From a virus (Duplodnaviria; Caudoviricetes), in the IMG/VR virus record IMGVR_UViG_3300025018_000001: a DNA stretch of 64,000 nucleotides; one strand, given 5' to 3'. The stretch's first letter is position 1. Every line of letters starts with the position of its first letter. The translations under genes were made by a program, and so were the position numbers. Of this stretch, positions 18,503-28,706 are shown piece by piece. The notes under the pieces were generated by a model. It worked only from the letters and a program-made list of their open reading frames with translations, ran no database searches and was not told where the DNA came from.

Positions 18503-20258
18503 AAGTTTTCTACTAGGTCATTGTAGAACACCGGGAGTAACCTATGAAGGATTAACAATACCTAAGTTACAACCTGTAATTTTTACAAATGTACCTGGTG
18601 ACTCATGTTATTTTATAAATCAATTCGGGACTAGTAATACAAGACGTCCCTGGGATGTCGGACAAGAAAGAGTTAATAGAATCTTGAAAGGCGATGTAGC
18701 TAGACATAAAGTTTTTTCTAATAGAGAAATTTCTTTTATGTTAGCGTATACAGAAACTAAACAAATCAGTATAAACTTCTTAAGGTCACTTGCAGAAGGG
18801 CATAAAAGATGTACATTTGTACTCACAGGATCACGTCTAAAAACACTTGTTGAGGATATACCTAAACTTGAGAAAGAATTTAAAACATTTTATAGAACTT
18901 ACGAGTACTATGAAGATGCCTCAAGAAGTAATGATAATTATATATTTATGTTATCTATATATGATTTGTCAACAATAGTAGCAAATTTGAAAAATAGGAC
19001 TATCGACGGTTTTGGTTTAGCGATTGAGGTATTAAATAAGTACAATACTTCAAGGTATAAAATGCCTATGCCTAGTTATTCAACATATATGATTTTTACA
19101 AACAACTATGAAGATGTTTATTTCAGAGACTGCGTAGAAATTATAAGATGTTCTCATATCGACTACGGAAATATGTCTGATATGGTTTATCAATTAGTAA
19201 AGTACCAAAAAGACGAGGATTTTATAGGTGCTGTAAGTTTTGAAAAATCTTTAAAACCGCAAATGAAGTTTAAAACACCAAGTAGCGCACGTATTTCAAT
19301 ACAAGAAATGGAAGCACATGAAAAATCTGTTATAAAAGCCAAACAATTGGATTCAGACGCTAAATTCAAGGCACGTATGTCTGCCAAACCTGTGAGAGCG
19401 GAATGGGACCCAGCATTTGATGACTTAGATACTTATGAGTTTAAAACAGTACATGCTAATGATGAGTTTCAACAAGTACCAATACCTGTACCTGCACCTG
19501 TACCTACAACAGATATGGACTTATTAAATGAATCTGAGTATGAAAAATATATGGCTTATGCTAATGATATAACTGCTAAGGCTATTAAAACAGTGACTGC
19601 TAAGGCTATTAAAACAGGCGTGTGTTTTTCTGATGGGGAGTTGGCAGCTCTCCAGAAAACAATTAAGGACGTAGGCCTTGAAGGTACTGTGGATGTTAAA
19701 CGCAAGTCTTCAGATAATACTACTAATGAAATATTACAAGTAGACCCAGATATGTATGGGACTGCTAATTTTATGCCAAAATCTGCGCCGGTTATAGATG
19801 ATGGCCCTGATTGGTGGGGTGCTATAGAAGAAGGTATCTCTGATGTTGCAGCGGTACCGCAGGTAGATAATAAACATGTGACTTCACATAAAGTTGTTAA
19901 AGCTACTAGAAGTGCTGTATCTCCTACAGGAAGGCATAAAAAAGAAGATATGTATAGAATGATGTACAGTGGAGGTGGTGGTAAAAGTAATATAGCTCCC
20001 CAGAAAAAAACTATACTCGACTACGAAGCATATGAGGTAGATGTTATTAATGAGATAGCTGAATCGGTAGAAAAGAAAAAACAACAAAATGTTAAATCAG
20101 GGCAAAAAGTGTATGTTGCTTCAAATAAAGCGCATAAATCAAAACGGAACACCAGTAAAGTAATTAGCACTAGTGCTACTGCTACTGCGACTACCACTTT
20201 TGATACTGAGTACAGTGGTGGCTTTACTACCATTAGTGATACTTTTATAAAATATTAA
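18489..20258 (+). CDS. Hypothetical protein with low-complexity C-terminal half (589 aa)
   Basis: Long ORF; Pro/Val- and Thr/Ala-rich tracts. Confidence 0.75.
   Translation: MQLNESFLLGHCRTPGVTYEGLTIPKLQPVIFTNVPGDSCYFINQFGTSNTRRPWDVGQERVNRILKGDVARHKVFSNREISFMLAYTETKQISINFLRSLAEGHKRCTFVLTGSRLKTLVEDIPKLEKEFKTFYRTYEYYEDASRSNDNYIFMLSIYDLSTIVANLKNRTIDGFGLAIEVLNKYNTSRYKMPMPSYSTYMIFTNNYEDVYFRDCVEIIRCSHIDYGNMSDMVYQLVKYQKDEDFIGAVSFEKSLKPQMKFKTPSSARISIQEMEAHEKSVIKAKQLDSDAKFKARMSAKPVRAEWDPAFDDLDTYEFKTVHANDEFQQVPIPVPAPVPTTDMDLLNESEYEKYMAYANDITAKAIKTVTAKAIKTGVCFSDGELAALQKTIKDVGLEGTVDVKRKSSDNTTNEILQVDPDMYGTANFMPKSAPVIDDGPDWWGAIEEGISDVAAVPQVDNKHVTSHKVVKATRSAVSPTGRHKKEDMYRMMYSGGGGKSNIAPQKKTILDYEAYEVDVINEIAESVEKKKQQNVKSGQKVYVASNKAHKSKRNTSKVISTSATATATTTFDTEYSGGFTTISDTFIKY
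19572..19617 (+). repeat. In-frame tandem duplication with 24-nt period (TAKAIKT x2)
   Basis: ACTGCTAAGGCTATTAAAACAG at 19572 and 19596. Confidence 0.9.
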
Positions 20259-20279
20259 ACAACGAGAGGAAATTTAAAT

Positions 20280-21983
20280 ATGTGTGGGATTATAGGCGTA
20301 CTGGCTTTAGGTGCGGCAAAAGAGGATCTACGAACAGACGTTATGCGATTTCTATTTACTGAGTTACTTCAGTTGACTGAGGAACGAGGTAAAGACGCCA
20401 CAGGTGTATCAGCACTATTTTCTGATGGTATGTCTTATATACAAAAAGGACCTATAACTGCAACAGAGTTTATAGGTAATTTAGGAGATGAGGAAACCAC
20501 ATATAATAGTTTTCTAAACAATTGTGACTCATATAGTGATGCTAATGAAGCAGAACTGAAATTGTTTATGGGGCATTGTCGAAAAAGTTCGGTTGGTGGT
20601 GCTTTTGATAATGTAAACAACCATCCAATTAAGGTTGGAGAAATTGTTGGTGTACACAACGGCACATTAGAGAATCATAACAAAGTTTTTACTAATCTTG
20701 ATTGTAAGCGTGATGGTGTTGTTGATACAGAAGCTATTATGCGCTTGTTAAATCATTATACCAATTATTGTACAGACCCTTTCACGATAGAAGGTATGGA
20801 AGAGACAGCTAAACGACTTGAAGGGGCGTATAGTGTATTAGCTTATAATGCTAATAACCCCTTTCAAGTTTGTATCATGAGAAAAGAACGCCCATTTGAG
20901 ATTGCCTTAATCAGGGATTATGGTATTATGTTGATTGCTTCGGACAAGGCATTCTTTGTGAAAGCCCTGTATCAATATAATAAATTTGCATATTTGTTTA
21001 ATAACGATTTTAAACCTATTGACGTAGAAGAAGTGGAAGCATTTACACTACCTCTGGATAATGTAGGGATTATTAACTTGAATGTTGATGTAACTGACGA
21101 CACAGTAATTGAAGATCTTATTCTACGTAAAGATGTGTTTAAGTCTGAAAAATTGTGGAGAATGCCAACTAAGACCTATGGTAAAAGAACTACTTATAAT
21201 GGTCACCAACATGTGAACAATAATGTTGGTAAAAAAAACGACATTCAAAACGGAACAAAAGAAACAACAGCAACAACACAAAAAGACGTTCCAGTCAAGG
21301 ACGATTTTAAAGGTAAAGTCTTTTGCAAACGACTTAATGCTTATGTTAACCAAGAGAAAATAGATGAAAATAAATCTGCTGGTCCTAAAGTAGTAAGTAT
21401 TAATGGTGGAAAAGTACAAGATCTGAAACAAGAAGAGCTGATTGACTTTAAAGAAGTAAAAGATCTTACAATAACCGCAAAAGAACAAGCCGTTCCTATT
21501 ATTATGAGTGAGGTAAAAGCAGTGGATGCAACTTTGGCAGAGGCTATGAAAGCAGCAACGGCGCATGAGAATTTTAATACACGTTTCAGTAATAGTAAGG
21601 AAGTTATTGACGCTTTAGATATTAGATCTGAAGATACTTTGGATAGTATCCCAGCTTTTGCGCTTGTTAATAAAACTAAAGATACCGTGTACAAAGAGGC
21701 TTTTGTAGACGGTGCTTTATGGTACAAAGAGACTCATAGTGATGCAGATAATACTGTTGACCCTACCGCAGCTGTACGTATAGCCAAGCACGTTGTAGAG
21801 GTGTTTGGTAATGTTATGTGTCAGTTGGCGAATGGGCGTGAAGAGGATTATGCATCTAAGATATTAATGGAGTTAAAGAAAAAGAATATCACTGAGCTAA
21901 CCTTAGAAAATGTAAGAAGAATATTTTCAAAAGGAGATAAGATATCCTGTAAGGCCCTGGTTGCTTTGGAGGATGTAATATAG
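20280..21983 (+). CDS. Class II (Ntn) glutamine amidotransferase with long C-terminal extension
   Basis: MCGIIG, RGKDATG, GHCR, NNHP, GVHNG, VDTE. Confidence 0.9.
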   Translation: MCGIIGVLALGAAKEDLRTDVMRFLFTELLQLTEERGKDATGVSALFSDGMSYIQKGPITATEFIGNLGDEETTYNSFLNNCDSYSDANEAELKLFMGHCRKSSVGGAFDNVNNHPIKVGEIVGVHNGTLENHNKVFTNLDCKRDGVVDTEAIMRLLNHYTNYCTDPFTIEGMEETAKRLEGAYSVLAYNANNPFQVCIMRKERPFEIALIRDYGIMLIASDKAFFVKALYQYNKFAYLFNNDFKPIDVEEVEAFTLPLDNVGIINLNVDVTDDTVIEDLILRKDVFKSEKLWRMPTKTYGKRTTYNGHQHVNNNVGKKNDIQNGTKETTATTQKDVPVKDDFKGKVFCKRLNAYVNQEKIDENKSAGPKVVSINGGKVQDLKQEELIDFKEVKDLTITAKEQAVPIIMSEVKAVDATLAEAMKAATAHENFNTRFSNSKEVIDALDIRSEDTLDSIPAFALVNKTKDTVYKEAFVDGALWYKETHSDADNTVDPTAAVRIAKHVVEVFGNVMCQLANGREEDYASKILMELKKKNITELTLENVRRIFSKGDKISCKALVALEDVI

Positions 21984-21989
21984 ATTAAT

Positions 21990-23318
21990 ATGCCTAAACC
22001 ATTAATTATTATACCTTCCGAGTCAATGGATGGTAATAAAAAACCTGACAGGGATGAGAATGTCCTGCTGAGAATGGCTAAAGCTACTAGAAATAGTGTA
22101 GCACTGGATGATGACAGTGTTACACTATCTGGTATAGCTAAAGATAAAAAACTCAACGTATTCAAAGCGTATACTAAGGATTTAATAAAAGTAAGAGAGT
22201 TTATCCTAAATGATACATTACAATATGATGATTCTTCAAGAGTAGCTTTTGTATCATCAAGGACGTTTAAAGAACTAGGTGGTACAGGCGACTTTTTAGA
22301 TTTAAGTAATATTCAAGCGCCACCTCCGCCACCACTTAAAAAGGTAGAAAAAGAGGTAATTGATAAATTACTTATAGGAACAGATCCAGAACTTCTTCTT
22401 ATGTTACAAGGTAAAGTAGTTAATGCTTCTGGTATTGATGGCTTCGATAAGAAAGCTAAGTTTGGTTCTGATGGTGCTATGGCTGAAATGAGACCAGATC
22501 CTGCTTTATCGGCTGAAGGTCTTGTTGCCAATATACAAAAGATTTTGAATGACCAAAAGCTACAAGAAAAAGTGTCTAAGTATGACTTGATTAGTTCTTG
22601 TTATCATGAAGAAGACGCAAGAGATTATCCAGTTGGAACACATATTCATATTGATAATCCAGCTAAGATTGCACAGTTACCTGTAGAACAAAGATATCGT
22701 TTATTCGCAGTAACAAACAAAATAATGGACGAGTTACTTACTGTACCAGCTGTGCGTTTAGATGGTCAGAAGGGCCATAATAGACGGGCTAAGTGTAGAA
22801 TGAGTACACACAATGGTTATGGTAATGATTATGGTAAAGGTTATGGCTTTTTTGGTGAGTGGCGTGAATGTCATGGTAGGTTAGAACATAGAAGTATGTC
22901 TGGGCTTGTTCTTATGAACCCCGCTGTGGCTAAAGCTGTATTTGGTACGGCGCAGGCTATTGCTGAGGCGGTATATAATGAAGCGCTTCAAAATGATTTG
23001 AATAAAGACTTTATTTTACCAAATGATTTTGATTATAAGAACATATATAAAGCAACCTTCAAAAAATGGGGAGACATACCACTTGCAGAAACTTTAAATT
23101 GTACACTATCTTCAAAAGAAATAGCAACACTGATGGACTCCAGTGATAGAAAAGTTGTATCTACTGGTTATATCAAAAAATGGCTTACTAAAATCAGAAC
23201 TTTATCAACGTATGGTAAATTTTCTGAACATATCGAAGCTTTAGGAGATATACTATCTTCTTCAGATAAAGTTATTGATGGTTTCGATACAAATATTAAA
23301 AACACATGGAAGGATTAA
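21990..23318 (+). CDS. phiEco32-like COOH-NH2 ligase type 2 with extra N-terminal domain
   Basis: IGTDPELLL, SDGAMAEMRP, VGTHIHI, GYGFFGEWR, LEHRSMSG. Confidence 0.88.
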   Translation: MPKPLIIIPSESMDGNKKPDRDENVLLRMAKATRNSVALDDDSVTLSGIAKDKKLNVFKAYTKDLIKVREFILNDTLQYDDSSRVAFVSSRTFKELGGTGDFLDLSNIQAPPPPPLKKVEKEVIDKLLIGTDPELLLMLQGKVVNASGIDGFDKKAKFGSDGAMAEMRPDPALSAEGLVANIQKILNDQKLQEKVSKYDLISSCYHEEDARDYPVGTHIHIDNPAKIAQLPVEQRYRLFAVTNKIMDELLTVPAVRLDGQKGHNRRAKCRMSTHNGYGNDYGKGYGFFGEWRECHGRLEHRSMSGLVLMNPAVAKAVFGTAQAIAEAVYNEALQNDLNKDFILPNDFDYKNIYKATFKKWGDIPLAETLNCTLSSKEIATLMDSSDRKVVSTGYIKKWLTKIRTLSTYGKFSEHIEALGDILSSSDKVIDGFDTNIKNTWKD

Positions 23319-23325
23319 TTAAATT

Positions 23326-24408
23326 ATGAAAAGCACTTATGTATGGTACTCTCCGGCAACTGATGTAACTGGTAAAAAACTTCAAGAAGCTTTAGATGCT
23401 TCCGGCGGAACGGCAAAACCACCTGCTGATAAAACGCATGTTATTTGTTGGGGTACAAAAACAGATGCAGATGTAGTACTAAACAATGGTAAAGTATACA
23501 ATCATCCAAACAAAATTCGTGTTAATCGTAATAAGGTTGGTGCGTTGGGTGCATTGCGCAAAGGTGATGTTAATGTGGCTAATTTCACTGAAAACTTTAA
23601 ACTTGCTGGTAATAAGGAATACCCTTTTCCTTTGGTAGCACGTACTAAATTTCATCAGGGTGGTGCTGGTTTCTGGTTGTGCCTCTCTGCAGCTATGATT
23701 GCACAAGCAGTAAAAGAAGGTGCTCAATATATTCAGACATTCATTGATATTAAAGATGAATATCGTCTCCATGTGGTTGGTGATAATGTTATCTATGGAG
23801 TACGTAAAGTACAACGTGATAATCTTCAGGAAGCTTTTGCTGCACATTACGCGGAATATGTAGATGCCAAAGCAGTGAAGGGTAAAGTCAACCTTGACAA
23901 AGCTACCATGGATTATGTGCTGAAGAAAATTGCGCCTAAACTTGCACCAAGCCCAGATATGATAATTCGTTCTAATACGCGTGGATGGAAGTTCAGCAAA
24001 GTGGCCAATGATAATCTTGATAAAGGGCTTGTAGCTGAAGCAGTTAAAGCAGTTAAAGCACTTGGTCTAGATTATGCCGCAGTAGACTGTTGTATTGATA
24101 CCACTGGTAAAGCGTATGTTATTGAGTGTAACTCTGGTCCTGGCCTCGACGGTACATCTTTTGACGCATGGACTACTGCCTTTAAAGATTTGGTAGCTCC
24201 TCCAAAAGCGGCTGCTAAGAAGGCTGCTGCTGCTCCAATTGAACAGGCGGTTAAAGCTAATGTTGGTGTTGCTGCTGCTAAACTTGGTGGTGCTAATGCT
24301 AAACAACGTCTCAAAGAAAGAGCTGCTTTTCTCGCTCAATTGGCGGAAGTTGCTGATGATGCTGATGCAGAACTCTTGGAAAAATTGTTGAAGAAAGCAA
24401 ATATGTAA
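23326..24408 (+). CDS. ATP-grasp ligase (RimK-like, phage type)
   Basis: FPLVART-x-FHQGGAG, IQTFIDIKDEYRLHV, ALGLDYAAVD, VIECNSGPGL. Confidence 0.9.
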   Translation: MKSTYVWYSPATDVTGKKLQEALDASGGTAKPPADKTHVICWGTKTDADVVLNNGKVYNHPNKIRVNRNKVGALGALRKGDVNVANFTENFKLAGNKEYPFPLVARTKFHQGGAGFWLCLSAAMIAQAVKEGAQYIQTFIDIKDEYRLHVVGDNVIYGVRKVQRDNLQEAFAAHYAEYVDAKAVKGKVNLDKATMDYVLKKIAPKLAPSPDMIIRSNTRGWKFSKVANDNLDKGLVAEAVKAVKALGLDYAAVDCCIDTTGKAYVIECNSGPGLDGTSFDAWTTAFKDLVAPPKAAAKKAAAAPIEQAVKANVGVAAAKLGGANAKQRLKERAAFLAQLAEVADDADAELLEKLLKKANM

Positions 24409-24416
24409 TATAAAAG

Positions 24417-24881
24417 GTGCTTAGTATGGATAAGTTCAAATTTATTATAGATGAGCAAAGTGTAGCTGAACAAATTGCTGACTTGTTGAATACTTATAAT
24501 AAACTAAAAGTTATTCATACTAAGCATACTGTTTTAGCAAACAATATTATATATTTAGTGAAACAAAAATATATAGAGGGTTCACCAAAAATTATTGGTT
24601 GTGTTGGTATAGATAAGATAGACCATTCTATGACAACATTAAGACATCTATGTGTTGATGTAAATCAGCGACAGACAGGTATAGGTTTAGAGTTGCTTAA
24701 TAATGCTCTGGCATATGTTAGTACAAAGTATGTACAAATGCATATAAGACATGATAACCTACCAAGTGTTCATTTAGCTAGTAAACTGGGATTTCTAGTT
24801 GACACTTATGACATTAAAAACGGATATTTCATATTAACAGTAAAAAAGGAAGCCCATGCTGAAACCTATAGAGTACATTGA
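24417..24881 (+). CDS. GNAT-family N-acetyltransferase
   Basis: LRHLCVD-x-x-QRQTGIG acetyl-CoA motif; N-x-x-S-x-x-LASKLGF. Confidence 0.8.
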   Translation: MLSMDKFKFIIDEQSVAEQIADLLNTYNKLKVIHTKHTVLANNIIYLVKQKYIEGSPKIIGCVGIDKIDHSMTTLRHLCVDVNQRQTGIGLELLNNALAYVSTKYVQMHIRHDNLPSVHLASKLGFLVDTYDIKNGYFILTVKKEAHAETYRVH

Positions 24882-25569
24882 AGTAACACTGGATAAACGA
24901 GGTATTAAACAAAAAGGTTTGTTTCTTCACTATGATGAAACAACCCAAATGATTAGGCTAATTATTGATTGTAACAATACAACTGGATCTTTTTCCTTGA
25001 CATTTGCTCCTATTACAAGTATACTTATTAAAGATTCTGAAAGTACAACAAGTTCTAATTTTAGTCAGGCAGGTGAATCACAAAAACTTGCTATTGAGTT
25101 GATATTAGAAGCGAGTCATCAGTTGAAAAAAGACAATCGTCTTAATGCTTCTGGTTTTGTAAATATTGCATCATATAAAGATGTACCACACACATATAGA
25201 AAAATGGAGATGACAAATTTGCCTGTAGTAACAAATAGTAATAATTTAGTTGGTACAACAAATCACACTACTGTACAGCCACCAAAGATAAACTTTCTTG
25301 TAAGTAAGCCTACATATTATGTTAATAATTTACCGGCTAAAAAGATTGCAATTATCTTTAGAAAATCAGAGTTGCCGACAGATAAAATGCTTAAAACAAT
25401 GAGCAAGAGGGTCAGTGCGGCAAGTCTTGGTACTTATAAAATAAAAGCAAAGCCACTAAGTGAAGTTGATATTGAACCGCCAAAAACAGAAGCGCAAGAA
25501 TACTTAGACGCTTATGGTGGTGATTATGATGATTTTACTTATGCGGGAATGCATGGAAGAATGATGTAA
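24856..25569 (+). CDS. Hypothetical protein (237 aa)
   Basis: Coupled ORF directly upstream of ruvB. Confidence 0.7.
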   Translation: MLKPIEYIEVTLDKRGIKQKGLFLHYDETTQMIRLIIDCNNTTGSFSLTFAPITSILIKDSESTTSSNFSQAGESQKLAIELILEASHQLKKDNRLNASGFVNIASYKDVPHTYRKMEMTNLPVVTNSNNLVGTTNHTTVQPPKINFLVSKPTYYVNNLPAKKIAIIFRKSELPTDKMLKTMSKRVSAASLGTYKIKAKPLSEVDIEPPKTEAQEYLDAYGGDYDDFTYAGMHGRMM

Positions 25570-26552
25570 TGATAATAGGTAATACGAATATAAAAGAGCA
25601 GATTCATGTAGCTTTAGAGTCTGCTCGAAAAAGAAACATGGCGCCACCGCATATGTTAATGTCAGGACATCCTGGTTGTGGTAAAACATCAACTGCCAAA
25701 GAAGTAGCTAAACAATTTGGGACTGACTTTATTTCGTTAATACCTGAAGCATTAAAAGACCAACGTTCTATACTCGACCTTTTGGATTCTTTAAACTTTA
25801 CAGGTTATGATGAGCTTGGTAATAGAGTAGCACCTATCCAACCTACCGTAGTATTTATAGATGAATGTCATAGGATTCCAATGTACGGCCAAGAAAAACT
25901 TGGTATGATAATGGAAAACTTTACTATGGATACTGGTAAAGTAGGAAAAGTTTACTGGGTACCTTATTTCACAGTTATAGGTGCTACTACTCTCGCTGGT
26001 AATATGTCTAAACCTTTTTTAGATAGGTTCAAGTTAAATTTCTTTTTTGAAACCTACAATATAGAGGACTCTATTGACATTGTAAGTTACCATGCAAAAA
26101 GATTAAAAGTACCAATGACTAAAAAAGCTATGGTTGATGTAGCCTCAAGAGGTAGGGGCGTACCTAGAATTATGGTAAAGTATCTAGAAAGATGTAGAGA
26201 TATGATGCTATCTATTGGGAGTGCCATGGTAACAAGTAATTTAAGTAATGCTACTTTTGAAAGTCTTGAAATAGATAAAAGAGGTTTTAATAAAATTGAG
26301 TTAAAAGTTTTACGTGCTTTATATGATTATGATAAACCACTATCATTAGAAAATTTAGTAATGATGACTGGTGAATCAAAACAAACAATACAGAGTGACA
26401 TTGAATCACACTTAATTAAAAATGGTTTGCTTGTAAGATCAGGTAAAGGTAGAACTATAACCCCTTTAGGACGAATGTATCTTGAAGAAGAAGGATATGC
26501 AGGTAGTGGTATGGGTAGAAAAACTATACCCATAAATTATGTCCGGTTGTAG
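25569..26552 (+). CDS. ruvB: RuvB-like Holliday junction branch-migration ATPase
   Basis: GHPGCGKT, FIDECHR, FTVIGATT, PFLDRF, SRG-x-GVPR, LVRSGKGR-x-IT. Confidence 0.9.
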   Translation: MIIGNTNIKEQIHVALESARKRNMAPPHMLMSGHPGCGKTSTAKEVAKQFGTDFISLIPEALKDQRSILDLLDSLNFTGYDELGNRVAPIQPTVVFIDECHRIPMYGQEKLGMIMENFTMDTGKVGKVYWVPYFTVIGATTLAGNMSKPFLDRFKLNFFFETYNIEDSIDIVSYHAKRLKVPMTKKAMVDVASRGRGVPRIMVKYLERCRDMMLSIGSAMVTSNLSNATFESLEIDKRGFNKIELKVLRALYDYDKPLSLENLVMMTGESKQTIQSDIESHLIKNGLLVRSGKGRTITPLGRMYLEEEGYAGSGMGRKTIPINYVRL

Positions 26553-27054
26553 TGCAACTATTTGATTTGCTGAGTGTGGTTAAATACGGTTTGTGTGGAG
26601 TGGTTGGGTGTGGATGTGGTGCTACTTGCACTAACAGCACTAACCTAGTATCATCCAAAAAGTAATATGTAATAATCTAAGTAGGATTAGCTTTGCTAAT
26701 GTTGAAAAGTATTACTAATAAGAAAATGAATATCATTATAGCTCAGGCGTAGTAATATTATCTAAGAAAACCCTGGTAGATGTAACCAGGTGGGTTTTGT
26801 GGGTCTTTTTTCCTCCTAAAGAAATAAAAACACCTTTGTGCATATGAGTTTTTGCGCATAAAATACTGTCTTCTTTGATTTTTTCTTCTCTACAGCAAGC
26901 AAAAAATCCAACAGATAATAGAGAACCGTTCGAATCGGTTCTATTCATGGACTTTACTTATATGGAGTACCTAGCGACAGGGGGTCAATGTGTCGCGCTT
27001 CAGCCAGTTTTACTAACAACCACTAAAATAAAAAATAACAACGAGGGAAACACT

Positions 27055-27543
27055 ATGAAACCAGAAGCAGCAAAACAACAAGAACTTAATGAAGACGACC
27101 TGAGAAGCTTTAATGAAGATATTAAATACGTTTATTTTGGTCGGCGTAAGGCATCTAACAAACACGATGGTGTTGTGTGTGTAGGATATAAAATTGATAA
27201 GTCGGGTACTGTACTCAGACTCGCTGCTGCCTTTTGTAGCCCTGAAGATATTTTTGAAAAGAGTGAAAGTCGTAAGAGAGTAAATGTACGTATTAACGCT
27301 GGAGCATTTGAAGACCTCGTAAAAGATGTTGCTGAAATTTCTGAAGATAATCCACTCTTCTCCGACATGAAGTACGAAGAGATTATCAGTCTTATTGTCG
27401 CTGCCTTAAATTCTGCTATTCCTCCATTTTGGCGTGCCAATTATAAAACATTCCTTAATAACGCAAAACCTTATCCAAAATTTGCACGTATCCCACTTCC
27501 TTGGTGGTTATCTAATGTTACTTTGGCTTCAGTAAAACAATAG
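27055..27543 (+). CDS. Hypothetical protein
   Basis: GAGGG SD before ATG at 27055; the ORF-track start at 26875 is probably too long. Confidence 0.65.
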   Translation: MKPEAAKQQELNEDDLRSFNEDIKYVYFGRRKASNKHDGVVCVGYKIDKSGTVLRLAAAFCSPEDIFEKSESRKRVNVRINAGAFEDLVKDVAEISEDNPLFSDMKYEEIISLIVAALNSAIPPFWRANYKTFLNNAKPYPKFARIPLPWWLSNVTLASVKQ

Positions 27544-27553
27544 TACTCTTTAA

Positions 27554-27593
27554 TAATACTACATAGGTAAATAAACTAACCTGTGTAGTATTA
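27554..27593 (+). terminator. 14-bp hairpin immediately 5' of tRNA-Leu
   Basis: TAATACTACATAGG / CCTGTGTAGTATTA with one G-U pair. Confidence 0.5.
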
Positions 27594-27597
27594 CCAA

Positions 27598-27679
27598 GCA
27601 AGAGTGGTGTAATTGGTAGCCACCCAGGTCTTAGAAGCCTGTGCCTTCGGGTGTGAGAGTTCGAGTCTCTCCTCTTGCA
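27598..27679 (+). tRNA. tRNA-Leu(UAG)
   Basis: Acceptor GCAAGAG/CTCTTGC, anticodon arm CAGGT-CTTAGAA-GCCTG, long variable arm, GAGAG-TTCGAGT-CTCTC. Confidence 0.93.
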
Positions 27680-27719
27680 TATAAAACAAATCAAATAAAA
27701 TAATTAAACATGAGGTAGT

Positions 27720-28016
27720 ATGTCAACAACAGAAAATAAATTTGGTAAATTAAGATTGTCTGTTGAAGGAACAAATAATGGTTCTGGGTTTGATATATTC
27801 TATGACTTTGGTAAATCATTAGATTTTGCTGAATTCACATCAAAACATGAATTTTATTTTATCCAACCATGGATGCAATTTCCTTCGAAAGAATATAGTG
27901 ATACTTGTAAATTAGTATCTATTGAACTAGTAAAAAGATTTAATCAATATGATGACCTAGTACGAGAAAATAAAAGGTTATTAGAATGTATTGAACATTT
28001 AAAAAAACAAGGATAA
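27720..28016 (+). CDS. Hypothetical protein (98 aa)
   Basis: GAGG SD. Confidence 0.65.
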   Translation: MSTTENKFGKLRLSVEGTNNGSGFDIFYDFGKSLDFAEFTSKHEFYFIQPWMQFPSKEYSDTCKLVSIELVKRFNQYDDLVRENKRLLECIEHLKKQG

Positions 28017-28018
28017 CT

Positions 28019-28495
28019 ATGATAACTGTAATTCAGGGTTTAAAAAGAATTAAACACCTACTGCGTAAAATCGAAACAACACAAGGGCGTATTGCTCGTT
28101 GGTGCTCTTATACAAATGATGAAGAACCATTGTATACTGATATCAACGCCCTTATCCAATCTGCAAACGATATGCAAGCCGAAGTTGGTAAAATTCGTCA
28201 TGCTATTCATAAACTCAATGCAACTACAGTAGTTACTTTTAAGGATAAAGAAACCACCCTTGATGAGTTATTAATTGAGGCCACGGTGAACATTCCTGTA
28301 CGCATTGCTACATTGAAAACTCTTCGTAGGAAAGAGAAAAATGGTTACATGCATAATGCCAAGCAAGAAGTAAAGGTAATTCTACAGTACGATCCACATA
28401 AACGTGATAAAGATTTGGATGCCTTAATTGAATTGCAATCTGATATTAATGATTTTATTGATATTATGAACATTCAATTAGAACTTCCAATGTAA
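28019..28495 (+). CDS. Helical protein resembling the DIP1984/DUF6847 family
   Basis: Pattern AI-x-x-LNATT...YDP...D-x-L...I...N recalled from that family. Confidence 0.55.
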   Translation: MITVIQGLKRIKHLLRKIETTQGRIARWCSYTNDEEPLYTDINALIQSANDMQAEVGKIRHAIHKLNATTVVTFKDKETTLDELLIEATVNIPVRIATLKTLRRKEKNGYMHNAKQEVKVILQYDPHKRDKDLDALIELQSDINDFIDIMNIQLELPM

Positions 28496-28497
28496 TT

Positions 28498-28702
28498 TAA
28501 TTGTATGGGTAGTGATAAAGATCTATAAAAAATCTTTTAACTGATATCAGGGGCTGGACAACCAGCAAGATTAGGTTTAAGGACTAAGGTATTAGGAATA
28601 TAGGTTTTAGTTGTTATATCACAAATAAAAATCCTTGTAGTAGAATGTGGTTTTTAAAAGATTTCCCTTTAGGTGCTCACAAGGCAGCTATCTGTACAAT
28701 TA
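28498..28702 (+). ncRNA. ~205-nt structured RNA 3' of the DIP1984-like gene
   Basis: 15-bp closing stem with G-U pairs (28498-28512/28688-28702), 11-bp inner stem (28530-28540/28654-28664), GCTGG-ACAA-CCAGC hairpin. Confidence 0.6.
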
Positions 28703-28706
28703 GTAA

